DNA from: Vicinamibacterales bacterium
GTDB lineage: Bacteria > Acidobacteriota > Vicinamibacteria > Vicinamibacterales > JAMQPK01
Length of the DNA stretch: 64,000 nucleotides
NCBI GenBank assembly: GCA_963782595.1
Contig: CAWAKJ010000003.1
Span: 707,789-771,788, forward strand
Direction: 5' to 3'
Positions 27,587 to 36,359 of the stretch are shown piece after piece. A program made the translations under genes and the position numbers. The notes beneath the pieces are model-generated. The model searched no databases. It was not told the origin of the DNA and worked only from the letters and a program-made list of their open reading frames with translations. Positions within the stretch are counted from its first letter, which is position 1. Every line of letters begins with the position of its first letter.

Positions 27587-27680
27587 GAGGTTCGTCAGGT
27601 TCGTCAGGTTCGTAGGTTCGTGGGTTCGTTAGGTTCGCGGGTTGCGACTTACGACTTTCGACTTTCGCCTTGCGACCAAC
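27587..27680. repeat. tandem arrays (C/A)AGGTTCGT x about 6 then CGACTTT-type units
   Basis: GGAGGTTCGTCAGGTTCGTCAGGTTCGTAGGTTCGTGGGTTCGTTAGGTTCGCGGGTTGCGACTTACGACTTTCGACTTTCGCCTTGCGACCAAC between convergent genes. Confidence 0.8.
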
Positions 27681-28273
27681 TAGTTCGAATCCCCCGGCGC
27701 CACGTACTCCGGCACGTGGTTGACGATCGGCTTGATCGTCCGCAAGTACGCGTAGACCGATTTCAGGTCCTCATCGGTCGCGTGACGGTATGCGGGCCAG
27801 GGCATCGGCGGGTTAATCGGGCGCGAGACGCCCATGTGCCGGCCCGTACGAATTGTCTGGATGAACATCTCTTCGGTCCAGATGCCCAGCCCGGTGTTCT
27901 GATCGGGCGTCAAGTTGAAGGCGTAGCTCACGCCCCACGGACCGCTGTACGCCGTGTTGGTGGCGAAGCCCAACGACACATACGGTTCGGACGCTCGAAC
28001 GGCCGGCAGCGGACCGATCTGCTCGGGATGCCCGGAGAGCATCCGGGTCATATCCGGCTCGGGACCTTGCGGCCCCATTTTCCAGGGTGTGTGGCAGTCA
28101 TTACAGCCCATGATCTTGACGAGGTACTCGCCCCGTTGGACCCGGTCGCCTCCAGGCGCCGGAAACAGCGCCCGCGCAAGATCCTGCGACTGTGTCTGAC
28201 TGGTCGAGAGGCTGACGAACACGGCGGCCGAGACCAACACGAGAACGATTGCGACGAAGTAGGTGTTTTTCAT
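27680..28273 (-). CDS. c-type cytochrome (membrane-anchored or secreted)
   Basis: N-terminal hydrophobic helix; CNDCH haem motif; paralogue of the partial gene at 2-496. Confidence 0.85.
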   Translation of the reverse strand: MKNTYFVAIVLVLVSAAVFVSLSTSQTQSQDLARALFPAPGGDRVQRGEYLVKIMGCNDCHTPWKMGPQGPEPDMTRMLSGHPEQIGPLPAVRASEPYVSLGFATNTAYSGPWGVSYAFNLTPDQNTGLGIWTEEMFIQTIRTGRHMGVSRPINPPMPWPAYRHATDEDLKSVYAYLRTIKPIVNHVPEYVAPGDSN

Positions 28274-28308
28274 AAGAGAAATCTACAGATTCGCGCGGGC
28301 GCGCGATG

Positions 28309-28377
28309 CTAAGACTTCCCTAGATGAATCTGAAAAGTTTCCTACGCGGCCGCCGCAATCCTAAAGACTTCCTAAAT
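28309..28377. promoter_or_regulatory. direct repeats CTAAGACTTCCCTAGAT / CTAAAGACTTCCTAAAT (candidate operator)
   Basis: Two 17-nt near-identical copies 52 nt apart plus a weaker GAAAAGTTTCCTAC between them, in a divergent intergenic region. Confidence 0.4.
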
Positions 28378-28465
28378 AGTTCATAATTACCCGTCGCGAA
28401 GCGGCACGGGGCGATTGGGCTCCGTAAGCGGAGCGACCCGAGCGGGTGTTGGGGCGCCGTAAGAC

Positions 28466-28924
28466 ATGAGTGACGAAAGACTGCGCAAAGGCCTCCAGCC
28501 TGGTGTGTCGGTCATCGTGGGATCGGTCGATGCGCTGGGCAACCCGGCGTGCTGCCGCGCGGTTGGCGTGAGGTCCGACGACGATCTCGCGACCGTCACC
28601 GTGTTCGTGCCCACGTCGACCGGCCAGGAAACGATCGCAAACGTCGCCGCGACCGGGCGGCTGGCCGTCGTCACGACACATCCGATTTCGCACTGCGCCA
28701 CCCAGCTGAAAGGCATCGTCGAGACGACGCGCCTGGCGCGCATAGACGAGGAACCGTTTGTCAACCAGCACTTCGGCAGCTTCGGCGGCGTGCTGAATGC
28801 GATTGGCTATCCGGCCCGTCTCACGAAGTCGGTCGTGAGCTGGCCAGCATTTGCACTCGAGATGCGCGTCGAGGAAATTTACGAGCAGTCTCCCGGGCCG
28901 AAAGCGGGCACCCGGTTACGATGA
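28466..28924 (+). CDS. PNPOx-like (FMN-binding split-barrel) family protein
   Basis: 152 aa with beta-rich split-barrel-like pattern; ATGA overlap with the next gene; assignment tentative. Confidence 0.55.
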   Translation: MSDERLRKGLQPGVSVIVGSVDALGNPACCRAVGVRSDDDLATVTVFVPTSTGQETIANVAATGRLAVVTTHPISHCATQLKGIVETTRLARIDEEPFVNQHFGSFGGVLNAIGYPARLTKSVVSWPAFALEMRVEEIYEQSPGPKAGTRLR

Positions 28925-30330
28925 CGATGTCCCTCAGGCTGTCGGACATACCTCGCTGCTTCCAAGGGGTCACGCCAAGCCTCATCGCCACGGTGGACGA
29001 GCGTGGCGTGCCCAACGTGACCTATGTGAGCCAGGTTTACTACATCGATGACCAGCACGTGGCGCTATCCTGCCAGTTCTTCAACAAGACGCGGCGCAAC
29101 CTCGATGTGAACCCGCGCGCATGCGTGGAGATGTACGATCCGCTCACGATGCAGGCCTATCGCCTGCGATTGATGTTCCTCAGGTCGGAGAAGCAAGGGC
29201 CGTTGTTCGACACGATGTCGGCGCGCATCGAAGCCATCGCGTCGGCGACCGGCATGAAAGGCATCTTCAGGCTGATCGCCGCTGACGTGTTCGACGTGCT
29301 CTCGTTGGAAAAAGTCGAAGGCTTCCTGGCCGACGATCGCCCATATGTGGAGGCCGACGCACCGTCGCTGGCGGGGCACCGGTCGGAGGTGCGAGGCCTG
29401 CAATGGGTGTCGGAACGGATCAACCGTGCCGGCGATCTCGAGTCGCTGCTCGATGCTGCACTCCATGCGCTCGAGGAATATTTTCAGTTCGCGCACACCA
29501 GTGTGCTGTTGTACGACGAAACATCGGGCCGTCTGACGACACTGGCGAGCCGCGGCTACGGCGATCGCGGCATAGGGGCAGAAGTGCCGATGGGCCAGGG
29601 ACTCATCGGCACTGCAGCGCGCGATCGACAGGTGCTGCGATTCAGCATGCTGGATGCCGATCTCGCGTACGGACGCGCGATTCGGCGCGAAGCGTCGAGC
29701 GACGACATGTGCCACGACATTCCGCTTCCGGGCCTGCCCGATGCGCGCAGCGTGCTGGTGATTCCGCTGACGCTCGGCGATCGGCTCGTCGGGGTGCTCG
29801 CTGCCGAAAGCCGGGACCCGATGCGGTTCGGCGAGTGGCACGAGGCGTACTTGCAGATCATCGGCAACCAGATCGCGCTTGGGATCGATCGCATGATGGA
29901 GCGGTCCTCGACGGAGGCCGACTCGGAAGCTGTATCCGCCACCGGTTCAGCCGTGTCCCAGCGAGGCACGGGCCAGCAGAGGGCGGCGAATGTGGAAGCG
30001 GCGCGAAAGAAGAAGCGCACGCTGACCTACTATCGCAAGGACGAAGCGATCTTCGTCGACGGTGAATATCTCATTCGGAATATCCCGGCGCGCATTCTCT
30101 GGAAGCTCCTCGGCGAATCGCAGCGCACCGGCCGAACGGAATTCACCAACCGCGAAGTGCGGCTGGACGAATCGCTCGGGTTGCCTCCGGTGAAGGACAA
30201 TTTCGAGAGCCGCCTCATTCTGCTGCGTCACCGTCTGCAGGAAAAGTGCCCCGACGTGCAGATCGTCTCCACTGGCCGCGGCCGCTTCGCGCTGCACACG
30301 GAAGCGGCGATCGAGATGATCGAGCGCTGA
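28921..30330 (+). CDS. multidomain sensor: PNPOx-like N-terminus, GAF domain, C-terminal winged-helix-like domain
   Basis: Start at MTMSLRL; N-terminus (PSLIATVDERGVPNVTYVS) PNPOx-like; GAF-like core (LLYDETSGRLTTLASRGYG...GQGLIGTAARDRQVL...VIPLTLGDRLVGVLAAES); C-terminus (FESRLILLRHRLQEK...VSTGRGRFAL) resembles the OmpR-type recognition helix and wing. Confidence 0.7.
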   Translation: MTMSLRLSDIPRCFQGVTPSLIATVDERGVPNVTYVSQVYYIDDQHVALSCQFFNKTRRNLDVNPRACVEMYDPLTMQAYRLRLMFLRSEKQGPLFDTMSARIEAIASATGMKGIFRLIAADVFDVLSLEKVEGFLADDRPYVEADAPSLAGHRSEVRGLQWVSERINRAGDLESLLDAALHALEEYFQFAHTSVLLYDETSGRLTTLASRGYGDRGIGAEVPMGQGLIGTAARDRQVLRFSMLDADLAYGRAIRREASSDDMCHDIPLPGLPDARSVLVIPLTLGDRLVGVLAAESRDPMRFGEWHEAYLQIIGNQIALGIDRMMERSSTEADSEAVSATGSAVSQRGTGQQRAANVEAARKKKRTLTYYRKDEAIFVDGEYLIRNIPARILWKLLGESQRTGRTEFTNREVRLDESLGLPPVKDNFESRLILLRHRLQEKCPDVQIVSTGRGRFALHTEAAIEMIER

Positions 30331-30446
30331 ACCCCGCGAGTCTCCGACATTCGATTGCCCCAAAATCTGCACCGGCCGTGCTGTCCTGATGCGCGGACAA
30401 GCCGCTAGACATGCGCGATTTTGCTCAGATTTATCAGCGTTTTCGA

Positions 30447-30462
30447 CGGCACGACGGTTGCA
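30447..30462 (+). promoter_or_regulatory. sigma-54 (-24/-12) promoter
   Basis: CGGCACGACGGTTGCA fits GGCACG-N4-TTGCA with exact GG-N10-GC spacing; GGAGG RBS at 30475-30479 and ATG at 30485. Confidence 0.65.
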
Positions 30463-30484
30463 CAATCCGGTTTCGGAGGTAAGT

Positions 30485-31168
30485 ATGGGTCTTCGATTTG
30501 CGCTTGCCGTGCTGCTGGCGATATCGGCGTTTTCACTCGATGCTTCGGCTCAGCGGCAAGGGAGAGGATATGGCGGCGGCTACAGCGGAATCACGGTGTA
30601 CGAGCATCCGGATTTCCGCGGTGACAGCGTGACGTTTCGGAACGAAGTGGCAGACCTGCGGGAGCATGGCCTGAACGATCGCATCAGCAGCATGGAGGTC
30701 GACGGCAATCAGGCATGGGAAGTGTGCCGCGACGTCAACTTTTCCGGCGGCTGCCGCGTCTTTTCCGGCACCATCGACGACCTTCGGGCCCAGGGATGGA
30801 ACGATCGGATTTCGTCAATGCGCGCCGTCGGCTATGCACGCAACGACAATGGCGGCCGGTGGGGCAATGGGAACGTCAACAACCGCAACATCCGCGATTC
30901 GAGGCTCGTTTTCTACGATCGGACGAACTTCCGCGGTGAATCGCGCGATGTGTTGAACAACGCGATGAATCTGGGATCGTTCGGCGATCGCGCGCGCAGC
31001 GTGCACGTGTACGGCGGCACGTGGGAACTCTGCGAGGGTGCATTCCGCAACGCCCGCTGCGTGACGGTGAATCAGAGCATTTCGGACCTGCGGAGCCTGG
31101 GGCTGCGAAGCGGCGTCACCTCTATCCGGGAGATCGGCAATCAGAGCCGGGGGCGCTGGTGGCAATAG
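30485..31168 (+). CDS. secreted beta/gamma-crystallin family protein (two domains, four Greek-key motifs)
   Basis: Signal peptide ending ASAQ; four Y/F/C-x4-F-x-G corners (YEHPDFRG, CRDVNFSG, YDRTNFRG, CEGAFRNA); Ca-binding-type N-D-R-I-S-S twice in domain 1. Confidence 0.88.
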   Translation: MGLRFALAVLLAISAFSLDASAQRQGRGYGGGYSGITVYEHPDFRGDSVTFRNEVADLREHGLNDRISSMEVDGNQAWEVCRDVNFSGGCRVFSGTIDDLRAQGWNDRISSMRAVGYARNDNGGRWGNGNVNNRNIRDSRLVFYDRTNFRGESRDVLNNAMNLGSFGDRARSVHVYGGTWELCEGAFRNARCVTVNQSISDLRSLGLRSGVTSIREIGNQSRGRWWQ

Positions 31169-31181
31169 GGCAATTCCACTA

Positions 31182-32228
31182 TCAATCGATCAGCCCTTCG
31201 AGTGGATAGAGCAGAAAATTCTTTCCTTTCGAGTTCATCATGACGAGCAGGCCGCGGGGGAATCCCGGAAGCGGCCTGTTCGTCACCTCGAGCCCATCGG
31301 TGTCGTCCGACCCAGTCACGAGCGACTTGATCTCAACGTGCTGGTGCGGATTACCGGGCGCTCCCTCGCGCCGATAGGTCCGCACGCGCGAGCCGTTGGA
31401 AATCTGATCGCTCGAGACGATGAGTCCCTTGCCAGGACCGGTTGAGTAGATCGCGAGCCCCTCGCGATCGCCCTCGTACACCTTCAAGCCGAACGCGGCG
31501 AGCTCCTTTGCCGCCATGGGCGCATCGGGATCTGCGTGGTACTTGCGGATGCCGTAGCTCTCGTCGCTGTAGTAGACATAGCCCAGCTCGTCGTCCACCG
31601 CCACGGCTTCAATCTCGCCGCTGCCGCTGAAGGCACCGAAACGCCGGGCGAGGCGTACGGCGACCCGGTTCTGGGAATCGCCGGTCAGCCGGTATTGCCA
31701 CAAGTAATTGGAGGATGGGCCTGTCTTGGGCGCCACAATCACGAACACGCTCTCGTCTGACGGCCTCTTGTAGAGCGCAATCCCCATTGGCTCAGACGCG
31801 TCGCCGGTCTGGCCTTCGAGGATCGGAAGTCCGGCAGGAGCAAGGTCGCGCAGTGGCGATCCGTCGAGCGGGATCTCGAAAATTCTAAGACGGTGTTGCA
31901 TTCGTTCTGTGAGCACGGCGATGTCGACACGCCGATCGCCAAGACGCACGCCGTACTCGATGTCGACATTGTTGGGACGATCGAGCGGGCCGATACGCTG
32001 GCGCACCGATCCGTCGAGCGCGAAGACGTACAAACCACCTTTGGTCTCGACCTTGTCCGTTCCGACGATCAGGCTGCGGGAGGGATCGGTTGGATGGACC
32101 CAGATGGCGGGATCGTCAGGATTGTCTGACACCGCAGCCGTCGCGAGCGTCGGCGTCAGCACGCGCTGCGCGACCGCGGCTCCAGCCATCAACACGACGA
32201 CAACGATGGGCAACGCTGCGCTCCTCAT
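31182..32228 (-). CDS. beta-propeller phytase (3-phytase) family protein
   Basis: Signal peptide; DDPAIWVHPTDPSRSLIVGTDK...GLYVFALDG matches the BPP N-terminal signature. Confidence 0.85.
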   Translation of the reverse strand: MRSAALPIVVVVLMAGAAVAQRVLTPTLATAAVSDNPDDPAIWVHPTDPSRSLIVGTDKVETKGGLYVFALDGSVRQRIGPLDRPNNVDIEYGVRLGDRRVDIAVLTERMQHRLRIFEIPLDGSPLRDLAPAGLPILEGQTGDASEPMGIALYKRPSDESVFVIVAPKTGPSSNYLWQYRLTGDSQNRVAVRLARRFGAFSGSGEIEAVAVDDELGYVYYSDESYGIRKYHADPDAPMAAKELAAFGLKVYEGDREGLAIYSTGPGKGLIVSSDQISNGSRVRTYRREGAPGNPHQHVEIKSLVTGSDDTDGLEVTNRPLPGFPRGLLVMMNSKGKNFLLYPLEGLID

Positions 32229-32329
32229 GCATCCGTATTGTCAATGACCGACGCATTCGACGCAACGACAACGAGGGCTCTCCGGGGAGAATTTACTGCG
32301 GTGACGAGAAGGCGTCACACATGCGACAT

Positions 32330-34114
32330 CTAATCTACCGGCAAGCCGACGGCTCTCATCAAGGCCAGGGCATTGCTGTGAGTCACGGGGCCTGGCCGCA
32401 TGCGATAGTCGAACGTCAGCTCCCCGTCCTTCAACCGATCTTCGAAGTGCACGTTGACCGCGCGGCCGTCCGAGTGATCGGCGATCGCGGTCAGCGCCAG
32501 GTCGTGCGTGGTCGTCAAGCCGATCGCGCCGCGATCGATCAGGCTGCGGAGCAGCGCCTCGGCCCCGATTCGACGATCGTGCGAGTTGGTGCCCTGGAAG
32601 AGCTCGTCGAGGAGAAACAGCGGTGGGGGTGTGTGATCGGTGAGGTCGGCGATCCGCCGGATCCGTGAGATTTCGGCGAAGAATCGCGAGCGGCCGGCCT
32701 GCAACGAATCGTGAACATGGAGCGTGGCGCCCACCGAGAGAGGCGTCATCGTGAGCGTGGCGGCGCGGACCGGGGCGCCGGCCATGGCGAGCACGACGTT
32801 GACCCCGACTGTGCGCAGGAGCGTGCTCTTGCCCGACATGTTCGAGCCGCTCACGATGAGCAAACGTACCTGCGGCGTGAGGCGTACATCGTTTCGCACC
32901 ATTCGCGCGGCGGGTACCAAGGGATGGCCCAGGCTCGCGGCCTCAAACCGAGCCGGGCTGTCTTCGACCAACGATGGGAAGCGATCGTCAGGGTGCTCGT
33001 ACGCATAGGCGCCAAGGGAGCTGAGCGCTTCGTATTCGCCGACGGCCGACAACCACGCGATAACCTTGGGCCCGAACTCGCGACGCCAGGCTTCGATCGC
33101 CGAGGCGAGGTGCAACGGCCACGACACGGTAGCGGAGATGGGCGCAAAGATGGCGTTGCGCCGCCAGTCGAGCATGTCTGCCAGCCGCTTGAGGCGCCGA
33201 ATCGCGACCGACGGCACGATGCCATGGCTCATCATGTCGCTGCGGATTTCCCCGAGCCGTTCGCTCTTGAAGGCCGCCTGCTCGATGAATGAAAGGGTGT
33301 CCGCCAGCACGTCGAGCTGCCCGAGCGGACGTTCGACCCCACGCACGACGCGCGCCACCCGCTTCCGCGAAGGCCGCGTCAACACCATCTTCAGCACAAC
33401 GACGATGAGGAGCGGAGATACTGGACCGCCTCGAACCCATAGCGCGGCTGTGCCGATGATAGCCACTGCCAGAATGATTGCGGCGGTGCGCAGCCAGATG
33501 CTTTCGGGCACCGCGGGAGCCGATGCCCACGCGCTGAGCGCAATCGTGTCGATATCGCGCGAGGCGCCACCAGCGGTGGCGAGCGCCTCACGGAAATCGT
33601 GCGCCTCGCGCAGCTCCGACGTGGCGTCCTGACGCTGTCGGACAATAGGGAGAGGAGCGGGCGCCGTGAGCCAGCGCGCGAGCAACTCTTCGCCCAGGTG
33701 CGTACGCGCGAGGGAAAGGAGCTGAAACAGCGATCCCGGACCAAAGATGTCGAGGTCGCGTGCATAGAGATGATCTTCCGTGAGGAATCGTGCGCCCGTC
33801 TCTCCGACGTCGTGCCAGCGGTCCTCCAGGCGCGCAAGGCCGTTCTCGTACAATGCAACGGCGCGCGACGTGCGTTCGGCCGCCCGAATCACGCGATCGT
33901 GCCATACCGCGAATGCCGCGAAAGCAGCGGCGGGCAGCGCAAGGAGCCATCCGCTGATGCCAAGCTGGAAGACCAGCCAGGCAGAAACGGCGATGCCGGC
34001 GACCGCGGCGAGCCGCGCGTAGGCGAGACGCGCATCGAGCCGGGCGAGGCGCGCATGTTCGTTTGCGCGCGCCGCCCGTCTTTGTCGGTATTCGTCCAGG
34101 GGTGGGGATGTCAA
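32330..34114 (-). CDS. membrane-anchored MutS-related protein (domain V ATPase only)
   Basis: About 4 TM helices in the N-terminal half; C-terminal MutS ATPase motifs (SGSNMSGKSTLLRTVG, LFLLDELFQGTNSHDR, TTHD); no mismatch-binding domain seen. Confidence 0.8.
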   Translation of the reverse strand: MTSPPLDEYRQRRAARANEHARLARLDARLAYARLAAVAGIAVSAWLVFQLGISGWLLALPAAAFAAFAVWHDRVIRAAERTSRAVALYENGLARLEDRWHDVGETGARFLTEDHLYARDLDIFGPGSLFQLLSLARTHLGEELLARWLTAPAPLPIVRQRQDATSELREAHDFREALATAGGASRDIDTIALSAWASAPAVPESIWLRTAAIILAVAIIGTAALWVRGGPVSPLLIVVVLKMVLTRPSRKRVARVVRGVERPLGQLDVLADTLSFIEQAAFKSERLGEIRSDMMSHGIVPSVAIRRLKRLADMLDWRRNAIFAPISATVSWPLHLASAIEAWRREFGPKVIAWLSAVGEYEALSSLGAYAYEHPDDRFPSLVEDSPARFEAASLGHPLVPAARMVRNDVRLTPQVRLLIVSGSNMSGKSTLLRTVGVNVVLAMAGAPVRAATLTMTPLSVGATLHVHDSLQAGRSRFFAEISRIRRIADLTDHTPPPLFLLDELFQGTNSHDRRIGAEALLRSLIDRGAIGLTTTHDLALTAIADHSDGRAVNVHFEDRLKDGELTFDYRMRPGPVTHSNALALMRAVGLPVD

Positions 34115-34139
34115 ATCGCAGCCGCTCGGGCCTGCGATG

Positions 34140-34598
34140 TTACCTGAATGTGTAGCCCACGCCGAATTTCAGGTCCGGGCTGTCCACCATCCCGACCTTC
34201 ATCTCGAAGAACATGCCGTCGCGATTCTTCGCGCCGATGAGGATGTTGAAGCCGCCATCGGTCCGGGAGCCGCTGTCGAAGTCGAGCCAGTTGATGGAGG
34301 GGCCGGCGCCGGCGTAGAGATTCCATGGACGGCCCGATGTGAAGGCATACGTAAAATCGAAGTTGAAGGCGATAAGCGTGAGGTTGTCGCCCAGACCGAT
34401 GTCCACATTGGGACGGAATCGCAGCCGATCGACCAGGGGAGATGTCTCGATATGGCCGCCGAAGAACACCTGATCTGGATCCAGCGAAAGGCCGCCCTGT
34501 GCGCCTGCCCGCGCCTGCGCCCGGGCCGGAGTTGCTGCGGCTGCCGAGAAAAGGCTGAGGACTGCCAGACACACCCAGAGCGACGCGCGAATACGCAT
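34140..34598 (-). CDS. small outer-membrane beta-barrel protein
   Basis: Start at MRIRASLW with AGGAGG RBS; signal peptide; alternating amphipathic strands; C-terminal ..GVGYTFR. Confidence 0.65.
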   Translation of the reverse strand: MRIRASLWVCLAVLSLFSAAAATPARAQARAGAQGGLSLDPDQVFFGGHIETSPLVDRLRFRPNVDIGLGDNLTLIAFNFDFTYAFTSGRPWNLYAGAGPSINWLDFDSGSRTDGGFNILIGAKNRDGMFFEMKVGMVDSPDLKFGVGYTFR

Positions 34599-34659
34599 AG
34601 ATAGCCTCCTGCCCGGCAGGCGATACAAAATACGATCCAAAGCGAACCATTCGCGGATC

Positions 34660-35595
34660 ATGCATTCAAACAATACGCACCTCATTCATGCGCGTGGACT
34701 CACGAAGCGATTCGGCAGCTTTGTCGCGGTCGACCACATCGGGTTCGACGTGCGGGCCGGCGAGGCGTTCGGCTTCCTCGGACCGAACGGCGCAGGGAAG
34801 ACCTCGACGATGCGCATGATTGCATGCGCGTCGCCGGTCACCGAAGGCGAGCTTCGCGTGTTGAACATGAGCCCGGGATCGGACGCGAGCCTCATCAAAG
34901 CGCGGCTGGGCGTGGTGCCGCAGCAGGACAATCTCGACACCGAGATTACAGTTCGGGAGAACCTGCTCATGTATGCGCGCTATTTCGATATTCCGCGGCC
35001 TGTCGCCGAGCGGCGCGCGGACGAGCTGCTCGATTTCGTCGAGCTCGGCGATCGGGCGGGCGCACAGGTCGAGCCATTGTCCGGGGGCATGAAGCGGCGA
35101 CTCACCATCGCGCGCGCGCTTGTGAACGAGCCCGATCTGATTCTGCTCGACGAGCCGACGACCGGGCTCGATCCGCAGGCCCGGCATGTCGTGTGGGAGC
35201 GGCTCTATCAGTTGAAGCGTCGCGGCGCGACCCTGCTGCTGACGACCCACTACATGGACGAGGCCGAGCGCTTGTGCGATCGGCTCGTCGTCATGGACAA
35301 AGCCAGGATTGTCGCCGAAGGGTCGCCGCGCGAGCTCATCGCGAAGTTCTCGACGCGGGAGGTGCTCGAATTGCGATTTCCCGATGACGCGCGCGTGCAC
35401 GTGGACGGGCGGTTGAGCGGCATCGGCGAACGGGTCGAGCAGCTGCCCGATCGGGTGCAGATCTACACGACCGACGGCGAGCATGCGCTGCAGCAGGTGC
35501 ACGCGCTCGGCATTCCGCTCGAGAGCGCCGTCGTGCGGCGCTCGACGCTCGAAGATGTGTTTCTCCGGATTACGGGAAGGGCGCTTATCGAATGA
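34660..35595 (+). CDS. ABC transporter ATP-binding protein, NodI/DrrA-like
   Basis: Walker A GPNGAGKTS, QQDNLD...TVRENL block typical of NodI-like ATPases, LSGGMKRR, Walker B LILLDEP. Confidence 0.92.
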   Translation: MHSNNTHLIHARGLTKRFGSFVAVDHIGFDVRAGEAFGFLGPNGAGKTSTMRMIACASPVTEGELRVLNMSPGSDASLIKARLGVVPQQDNLDTEITVRENLLMYARYFDIPRPVAERRADELLDFVELGDRAGAQVEPLSGGMKRRLTIARALVNEPDLILLDEPTTGLDPQARHVVWERLYQLKRRGATLLLTTHYMDEAERLCDRLVVMDKARIVAEGSPRELIAKFSTREVLELRFPDDARVHVDGRLSGIGERVEQLPDRVQIYTTDGEHALQQVHALGIPLESAVVRRSTLEDVFLRITGRALIE

Positions 35596-36359
35596 TCGGC
35601 GCTGTTCGCATGGTGCAGCGGAACGCGCTCGTCTACAGCCGCGTGTGGCGAGGATCTGTATTTTCGAGCTTTCTGCAGCCGACGTTGTTCCTGCTCGCGA
35701 TGGGACTGGGACTTGGCGCGATGGTCGATGCCGGTGGCGCGTCCTTGCCTGGAGGCGTGCGCTATGCCGAGTTCCTTGCCCCCGGATTGCTGGCAGCGGC
35801 GGCAATGCAGGCGGCAGGGTTCGAGTCGAGCTATCCCGTGCTCGGCAAGATGACCTGGCATCGCAACTATGAGGCAATCGTCGCGACGCCAATGCGTGTG
35901 TCCGATCTCGTGCTGGGCGAGCTCGCATGGCTGGCAGTGCGCCTGACGACGATTGCGCTCGCGTTCATTCTCGTGATGACAGCCTTCGACGTTCCCCGTT
36001 CGTGGCATGTGATTCTTGCGGTGCCGGCCGTGGTGTTGACCGGGCTCGCCTTTGCGGCGCCCATCATGGCCTATGCGGCGACGCTGAAGAGCTCGAGCAC
36101 GTTCAACGTGATGTTCCGCTTCGTCCTCACGCCGTTGTTCCTGTTCTCGGGCGTGTTCTTTCCGACGAGCAGGCTTCCTGACTGGCTCGAGCGGGCGGCA
36201 TGGCTGACGCCGCTCTTCCACGGCGTCGAGCTCGTGCGGGGCGTGACGCTCGGCGCTGTTCCGGCGAAGTGGCCCATCCACGTGGCGGTCCTCGCGAGTC
36301 TGATGCTCACCGGTATTCTGCTGGCGCAGCGGACATTCCGCCGAAGGTTGTACGCATGA
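35592..36359 (+). CDS. ABC-2 permease, NodJ-like (first of two)
   Basis: ATGA overlap with the ATPase; 6 TM segments; N-terminal (VQRNALVYSRVW) pattern. Confidence 0.85.
   Translation: MIGAVRMVQRNALVYSRVWRGSVFSSFLQPTLFLLAMGLGLGAMVDAGGASLPGGVRYAEFLAPGLLAAAAMQAAGFESSYPVLGKMTWHRNYEAIVATPMRVSDLVLGELAWLAVRLTTIALAFILVMTAFDVPRSWHVILAVPAVVLTGLAFAAPIMAYAATLKSSSTFNVMFRFVLTPLFLFSGVFFPTSRLPDWLERAAWLTPLFHGVELVRGVTLGAVPAKWPIHVAVLASLMLTGILLAQRTFRRRLYA

Noticed and set aside
27683-27693. GTTCGAATCCC, resembling a tRNA T-arm/T-loop
   Set aside because: No acceptor, D or anticodon arms can be built around it, and it encodes the C-terminal residues (..PGDSN) of the cytochrome gene on the minus strand.
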